This document shows positions 18,544-22,990 of a stretch of 22,990 bases of DNA, one piece after another. The position numbers were made by a program, and so were the translations under genes. The notes beneath the pieces are model-generated. The model saw only the letters and a list, made by a program, of their open reading frames with translations. It was not told where the DNA came from and did not search any database. Position 1 is the first letter of the stretch; every line of letters begins with the position of its first letter. The stretch is from NCBI GenBank assembly GCA_038870635.1, contig JAVZJR010000007.1, forward strand, positions 1-22,990, read 5' to 3'. The DNA is from Candidatus Bilamarchaeaceae archaeon (GTDB lineage Archaea > Micrarchaeota > Micrarchaeia > Anstonellales > Bilamarchaeaceae).

Positions 18544-19569
18544 CTAATTGTAATTATAATTAAAAAAATTGTCTATTAATTTTTTTAATTCTTTAGAGTC
18601 TTTTTCTTGGTTTTTATTTGTCGGTTGTAGAGTTTCCATTGTCATTTTATAGATAGTTTCTGTTAATTCATTAATTTTTATAATTTTTGCTATGCCCTCT
18701 CTTTTAATTTGTTTTATAGTTGTATCCAAGCCAGAGAAAAAGTTTTTTTCGTTAGAAAACAAAACAAGATGATTATTAAAATTTTCATTTTTTAACTTAA
18801 AAGAAAAAATACGGTTAATAGTATTATATGCTTCATATACAAAGTAAATTTGATTTTTTTGTTTTAAATTTTCTATTGCCATAAGAGTTTTTATTTTTTG
18901 TTTTACATCTTCCCCTTCTTTTATATGTATCATGTTATTCATTAAGTTGCTTATCTCAGCTATAGAAAATAAACCACTTTTTGCGTAGGAAATGAGAATT
19001 AAATTTGCTACTTCTTCAGTTTCATTTAAATTATTTATAATTAGTGGTCTAAAGTAAAAATTTTGGTTATTATTGAGTTTTATTATGTTTTTAATTTGGT
19101 CTACTACTTCGATATTAGGTTTGTTTAGTTTAACAAAGTCAGGTAAGTAGTTTTTGAGTAATCTTTTTTCTTCTTTTATTATTTCCTCTTTAAAAGCTTT
19201 GCATTCTAACATAGTCGTATTTTCTTTAGTTTTGTTGAACACGGCTAATATAGTTTGTGCTTTTACTTTTCCTCCCAAAAGAAAGTCTAAATTTTTTATG
19301 TTGTACTCAAGCATTTGCATTAACGGAAGGTAATCGTCATCACTTTTTACAAGAGGTAACAGAATTCTAAGTGAAGAGGCTATTTTACCATTTTTTATTG
19401 CTTCGTTTCGTTCGAACTCATCAGGAGTAAGCAATTTTGCATTAAATTTTGTTTTTGGAGTTATTAACTTTGCTCTCGTGTTTATCAAAGTTAAAATTTT
19501 AGCTTCTGTTTTATTGTTTATACAATTTAAAGTAAACCCCACGATTATCTTTTTTGGTTGACACTCCAT
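18544..19569 (-). CDS. Hypothetical protein (Asn/Lys/Ile-rich, no recognisable motif)
   Basis: 341-codon ORF in very AT-rich DNA, with a TATA-like TTTAAAAA about 25 nt upstream on the minus strand. Confidence 0.7.
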   Translation of the reverse strand: MECQPKKIIVGFTLNCINNKTEAKILTLINTRAKLITPKTKFNAKLLTPDEFERNEAIKNGKIASSLRILLPLVKSDDDYLPLMQMLEYNIKNLDFLLGGKVKAQTILAVFNKTKENTTMLECKAFKEEIIKEEKRLLKNYLPDFVKLNKPNIEVVDQIKNIIKLNNNQNFYFRPLIINNLNETEEVANLILISYAKSGLFSIAEISNLMNNMIHIKEGEDVKQKIKTLMAIENLKQKNQIYFVYEAYNTINRIFSFKLKNENFNNHLVLFSNEKNFFSGLDTTIKQIKREGIAKIIKINELTETIYKMTMETLQPTNKNQEKDSKELKKLIDNFFNYNYN

Positions 19570-19669
19570 GTTATTGTTATATATTACAAAATGTTTTTAA
19601 ATATGTAGAAAAAAGGTAATACTGGTTTTTTATATAAATAATTAAAATTTTTGTTCTTTGAGCTTTATC

Positions 19670-20329
19670 ATGAATATTCTAAAAAATATATCAGTTGTTT
19701 TGGGTATCATGGAAAAAGAAGCTAAAAAAAGAAAAGCTCCTGTTTTTGCATTTAAGAAAAAGACTAAAAATAATGCATTTAAATTACTCATAGCGACCAT
19801 TCTTTCTTCTCGTACAAAAGATGAAAAAACCATCCAAGCAATAGATAGACTTTTTGCTTTCGTTTCTAAACCATCAGATTTAGCTGGGTTACCCATAAAA
19901 AAAATAGAAAAGCTTATTTATGGAGTAGGATTTTACAGAGTAAAAGCTAAAAACATAAAAAAAACTAGCGAACTGATTGTTAAAAAATTCAACGGAAAAG
20001 TTCCATCTAATTTAAATGGGCTTTTAGAGCTACCAGGGGTAGGTAGAAAAGTTGCTAATATTGTCCTTTCTGAAGCGTACAGAAGGCGATCTATTCCTGT
20101 GGATACACACGTGCATAGAATAAGCAATCGTTTAGGTCTTGTTAATACTAAAAATCCTGCCCAAACAGAAAGAGAGTTACTTAAAATAATCCCAAAAAAA
20201 TATATAAATAATATTAACCATATATTTGTGGCTTACGGCCAGACCATATGTTTGCCACGCATGCCATTTTGCTCTATCTGTAAAATAAGAAAATACTGTG
20301 CTAAAAAAGGGGTTTCTTATTCTAGATAG
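19670..20329 (+). CDS. nth: Endonuclease III (HhH-GPD DNA glycosylase/AP lyase)
   Basis: LIATILSSRTKD, LLELPGVGRKVAN, PVDTHVHRISNRLG and the 4Fe-4S motif CX6CX2CX5C (CLPRMPFCSICKIRKYC). Confidence 0.95.
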   Translation: MNILKNISVVLGIMEKEAKKRKAPVFAFKKKTKNNAFKLLIATILSSRTKDEKTIQAIDRLFAFVSKPSDLAGLPIKKIEKLIYGVGFYRVKAKNIKKTSELIVKKFNGKVPSNLNGLLELPGVGRKVANIVLSEAYRRRSIPVDTHVHRISNRLGLVNTKNPAQTERELLKIIPKKYINNINHIFVAYGQTICLPRMPFCSICKIRKYCAKKGVSYSR

Positions 20330-20356
20330 GGATACTTATCACTATTTTTGTTTAAA

Positions 20357-20371
20357 CGAAAGATTTAAAAA
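20357..20371 (+). promoter_or_regulatory. Putative 16S rRNA promoter (BRE + TATA)
   Basis: CGAAAGA followed by TTTAAAAA, about 90 nt upstream of the processing stem. Confidence 0.55.
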
Positions 20372-20460
20372 TGAGTATTACTATAAAATATCCTTACCTT
20401 TTATGGGGTTATTTTTTATTTAACTTGCCCCATGCGTGGAAATCTATGCTTGTAGATTTG

Positions 20461-20511
20461 ACTCACGCTTCAAGAGAATGGTGCATTAAGTTAGCCAATT
20501 CCGACAACGCG
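20461..20511 (+). other. 5' arm of the 16S pre-rRNA processing stem with BHB motif
   Basis: ACTCACGCTTCA-AGAG-AAT-GGTGCATTAAG pairs with CTTAATGCAC-AT-TTCT-AAA-TGAAGCGTGAGT (22141-22171): a 4-bp helix AGAG/UUCU flanked by 3-nt bulges AAU and AAA. ACAACGCG also pairs with TGCGTTGT. Confidence 0.88.
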
Positions 20512-21010
20512 ATAGTCTCCTATATATTCGCTTTGCAGCGATCAACTCCAGTTGATCCTGCTGGAGGGTACTGCTATCAGACTTCGATTAAGCCATGCAA
20601 GTCTACGGTTGGACTTCCAACCGTGGCGGACGGCTGAGTAACACGTAGTCAACTTACCCTAAGGACGGGGATAACCTCGGGAAACTGAGGATAACCCCCG
20701 ATAGATGATGGAAACTGGAATGTTCCATCATTTAAAAAGCTGGTGAATTGGAGCCAGACTGCCTTAGGATAGGACTGCGGGGGATTAGGTAGTTGGTGAG
20801 GTAACGGCCCACCAAGCCGATAATCCCTAGGGGCCATGGGAGTGGTGGCCCCCAGAAGGGCACTGAGACAAGGGCCCTAGTCCTACGGGATGCAGCAGGC
20901 GCGAAACCTTTACAATGCGCGAAAGCGTGATAGGGGAAGTCTGAGTGGCGGAAACTTAGTTTCCGTCTTTTGCTGAGTGTAAATAGCTCGGCGAATAAGG
21001 GTGTGGGCAA

Positions 21011-21052
21011 ACACGCCCTTCGAGCATTTGACAGTCGTAGGGAGTGGCCTAT
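21011..21052 (+). other. 42-nt BHB intron in 16S rRNA (helix 18, after ~E. coli 510)
   Basis: Interrupts the conserved GGGCAA|GACTGGTG. Central helix GGGC(21005-08)/GCCU(21047-50), bulges AA^A and AU^G, paired intron arms; excision restores the consensus. Confidence 0.9.
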
Positions 21053-21152
21053 GACTGGTGGCAGCCGCCGCGGTAACACCAGCGCCTCAAGTGGTACCCA
21101 CGAATATTGGGCCTAAAGCGTCCGTAGCCGGTCTAGTCCGTCTTCTGTGAAA

Positions 21153-21191
21153 AGATGTTGCCTCGCTTTATTGCGAGACTTCGTCTCACAA
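21153..21191 (+). other. 39-nt BHB intron in 16S rRNA (helix 21, after ~E. coli 609)
   Basis: Interrupts the conserved GTGAAA|T. Central helix GUGA(21147-50)/UCAC(21186-89), bulges AA^A and AA^U, intron-side helix GAUG/CGUC and inner hairpin CUCGC/GCGAG. Confidence 0.88.
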
Positions 21192-21355
21192 TGTTGGGGC
21201 TTAACCCTAACGCGTGCAGAAGATACCACTAGACTCGGGAGCGGGGGAGGACAGGGGTACACCCGGGGTAGGGGTAAAATCCGTTGATCCTGGGTGGACC
21301 ACCAGTGGCGAAGGCGCCTGTCCAAAACGCGTCCGACGGTGAGGGACGAAAGCTG

Positions 21356-21389
<34 letters not shown>

Positions 21390-21491
21390 CAGCTGTAAAT
21401 TATGTAGACTTCGGTGTTACGCTAGAGTAATCTAGCGTAGTGCTGTAGCGTAGGTGTTAAGTCTACCGCCTGGGGAGTACGATCGCAAGAT

Positions 21492-21527
<36 letters not shown>

Positions 21528-21663
21528 CCGTGGATGCTACGGTTCAATTGGATACAACGCCGGGAACATCACCAAGGGCGACGGCAGTATGAAGGCCAGA
21601 CTAAAGATCTTGCCTGACGAGCCGAGAGGTATTGCATGGCCATCGTCAGCTCGTGGCGTGAAC

Positions 21664-21695
<32 letters not shown>

Positions 21696-21965
21696 ATGCC
21701 CTTAGTTGCTAATCTCTTCTCCGGAAGGGATGCACTCTAGGGGGACTGCCCGCGTTAAGTGGGAGGAAGGAGTGGGCGACGGTAGGTCAGTATGGTCCGA
21801 AACCCTTGGGCTACACGCGGCATACAATGGGCGGAACAGCGGGCTGCGACTCCGAGAGGAGGAGCTAATCCCATAAATCCGCTCTTAGTTCGGATTGAGG
21901 GTTGCAACTCACCCTCATGAAGCTGGAATGGCTAGTAATCGCGGGTCATCATCCCGCGGTGAATG

Positions 21966-21997
<32 letters not shown>

Positions 21998-22122
21998 GTC
22001 ACCCAAATGTGTTTTCGGTGAGGCTTCGGTTATTGCCGAATTCGAACCGATGATACGTGAGGGGGGCTAAGTCGTAACAAGGTATCCGTAGGGGAACCTG
22101 CGGATAGATCACCTCCAAAATT

Positions 22123-22171
22123 TGCGTTGTGCGAGGATTGCTTAATGCACATTTCTAAATGAAGCGTGAGT
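22123..22171 (+). other. 3' arm of the 16S pre-rRNA processing stem
   Basis: Inverted repeat of 20461-20511. Confidence 0.88.
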
Positions 22172-22175
22172 TCAT

Positions 22176-22988
22176 TTATCTCTTAAGCGTAATAAGAACT
22201 TTCTTTTCTGCTTTTCCTTTTAATTTAAGTATGTTTAGAATAAGTTTTACCTCTCTTCTCCTTTTCTTTATTAGTCTATACTTTTCTTTTTCATTCATTT
22301 GTGTTTTTTGTATTTTCTTAACAGCTGCTGCATAATGTTTTTTTATGTTATTTATATCTTCATCTGAATAGGAGTAAGTTTTATTTTCTCTTAATTTTAA
22401 CATAGCTTCTTCTAAATCACTTTTAGCCACTCTTAATATTAGCTTAAGATAAGATAATGATATGGGTTTATTTTTATTTAATTTATAGAATAAAGTACAA
22501 CTTTCATATTCTCTTAATTGTTTACACCATTTACAGAAATCGTCTATATTAGCAGAGCTATTGTTTTTTATGAAATTTTTTAATGTATTTATAAAATAAT
22601 GCTCTTTTGCTCTAAAGAAATCATATGCTGCACATTTTATCTGTAATCCGTGTGCATTAATTTTCTCTAACTTTCCTGCAACTTCTAAAATAAGTGCAAT
22701 ATATGGTAATGATAACTCTTCTCCTTTATCCTTAGATTTTATCTTCTCTCTGTTATTCTTTATCCATTCAAATGCTTCATCTTCATTACTAAAATCTAAC
22801 TTATCAATAGTTTCCTTATTGAAGAGATAATTATCATATGCTCCACATTTTATCTGTAATCCGTGTGCATTAATTTTCTCTAACTTTCCTGCAACTTCTA
22901 AAATAAGTGCAATATATGGTAATGATAACTCTTCTCCTTTATCCTTAGATTTTATCTTCTCTCTGTTATTCTTTATCCATTCAAATGC
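22176..22988 (-). CDS. 3' part of a larger hypothetical protein with 71-aa tandem repeats (starts beyond the window)
   Basis: Manual translation shows that the frame of ORF 22176-22430 stays open to the window edge: ...AFEWIKNNREKIKSKDKGEELSLPYIALILEVAGKLEKINAHGLQIKC(G/A)AYD... twice, then a basic C-terminus. Confidence 0.8.
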   Translation of the reverse strand, partial: AFEWIKNNREKIKSKDKGEELSLPYIALILEVAGKLEKINAHGLQIKCGAYDNYLFNKETIDKLDFSNEDEAFEWIKNNREKIKSKDKGEELSLPYIALILEVAGKLEKINAHGLQIKCAAYDFFRAKEHYFINTLKNFIKNNSSANIDDFCKWCKQLREYESCTLFYKLNKNKPISLSYLKLILRVAKSDLEEAMLKLRENKTYSYSDEDINNIKKHYAAAVKKIQKTQMNEKEKYRLIKKRRREVKLILNILKLKGKAEKKVLITLKR

Positions 22989-22990
22989 TT
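22620..22990. repeat. Tandem repeat with a 213-bp period (22620-22777 vs 22833-22990)
   Basis: 158-bp visible overlap, identical except G22630/C22843; the period equals 71 codons, in frame. Confidence 0.95.

Noticed and set aside
631..20127. Antisense ORFs inside protein genes (e.g. 631-990, 803-1042, 2058-2288, 6952-7167, 7714-7956, 9737-10051, 12647-12934, 13461-13670, 13791-14006, 15195-15488, 16617-16859, 17150-17479, 17756-18049, 19642-19896, 19933-20127)
   Set aside because: Shadow ORFs opposite longer, better-supported genes, mostly with the F/S/L-rich composition typical of antisense frames.
21011..21191. The 16S inserts as group I introns or homing-endonuclease elements
   Set aside because: At 39-42 nt they are far too short for a ribozyme core or an ORF, and BHB geometry explains both boundaries.
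20371..21325. ORFs overlapping the 16S and its leader (20371-20637, 20649-20837, 20732-21079, 21113-21325)
   Set aside because: They overlap conserved rRNA; none is intron-encoded or resembles a homing endonuclease.
22176..22430. Stand-alone 84-aa protein from the ORF track
   Set aside because: The frame has no upstream stop before the window edge, so this is the C-terminus of a longer gene.
22620..22990. The repeat as a CRISPR array or mobile-element end
   Set aside because: The period is 213 bp, in frame and coding; there are no short repeats with unique spacers and no cas or transposase genes.

Overview
AT-rich chromosomal window from a small-genome archaeon. The rRNAs are archaeal; a DPANN lineage, probably Micrarchaeota-like, is my inference and was not checked against a database. 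The window holds a stand-alone 23S rRNA gene (~3455-6348) and, ~14 kb downstream on the same strand, a stand-alone 16S rRNA gene (~20545-22117). Each has its own putative promoter and processing stem, and no 5S or tRNA gene is linked. The 16S gene carries two tiny ORF-less insertions, 42 nt (21011-21052) and 39 nt (21153-21191). Their junctions fold into bulge-helix-bulge (BHB) motifs whose predicted cuts restore the conserved sequence exactly, so they look like endonuclease-spliced mini-introns at about E. coli positions 510 and 609. Recognisable genes: mvaD, an ERG8-type phosphomevalonate kinase, truD, trm1, a VIT1/CCC1 protein, a DUF63 protein, RNase P Rpp21, tmk, GGPP synthase, a THEP1-type NTPase with a C-terminal amphipathic helix, and endonuclease III. 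Unusual proteins: an orphan nucleotidyltransferase-fold protein, a lipoyl-synthase homologue that has lost all Fe-S ligands, an inactive transglutaminase-like protein, two surface proteins sharing a 4-Cys domain, a wHTH plus long coiled-coil protein, and the 3' end of a gene with near-identical 213-bp (71-aa) tandem repeats.
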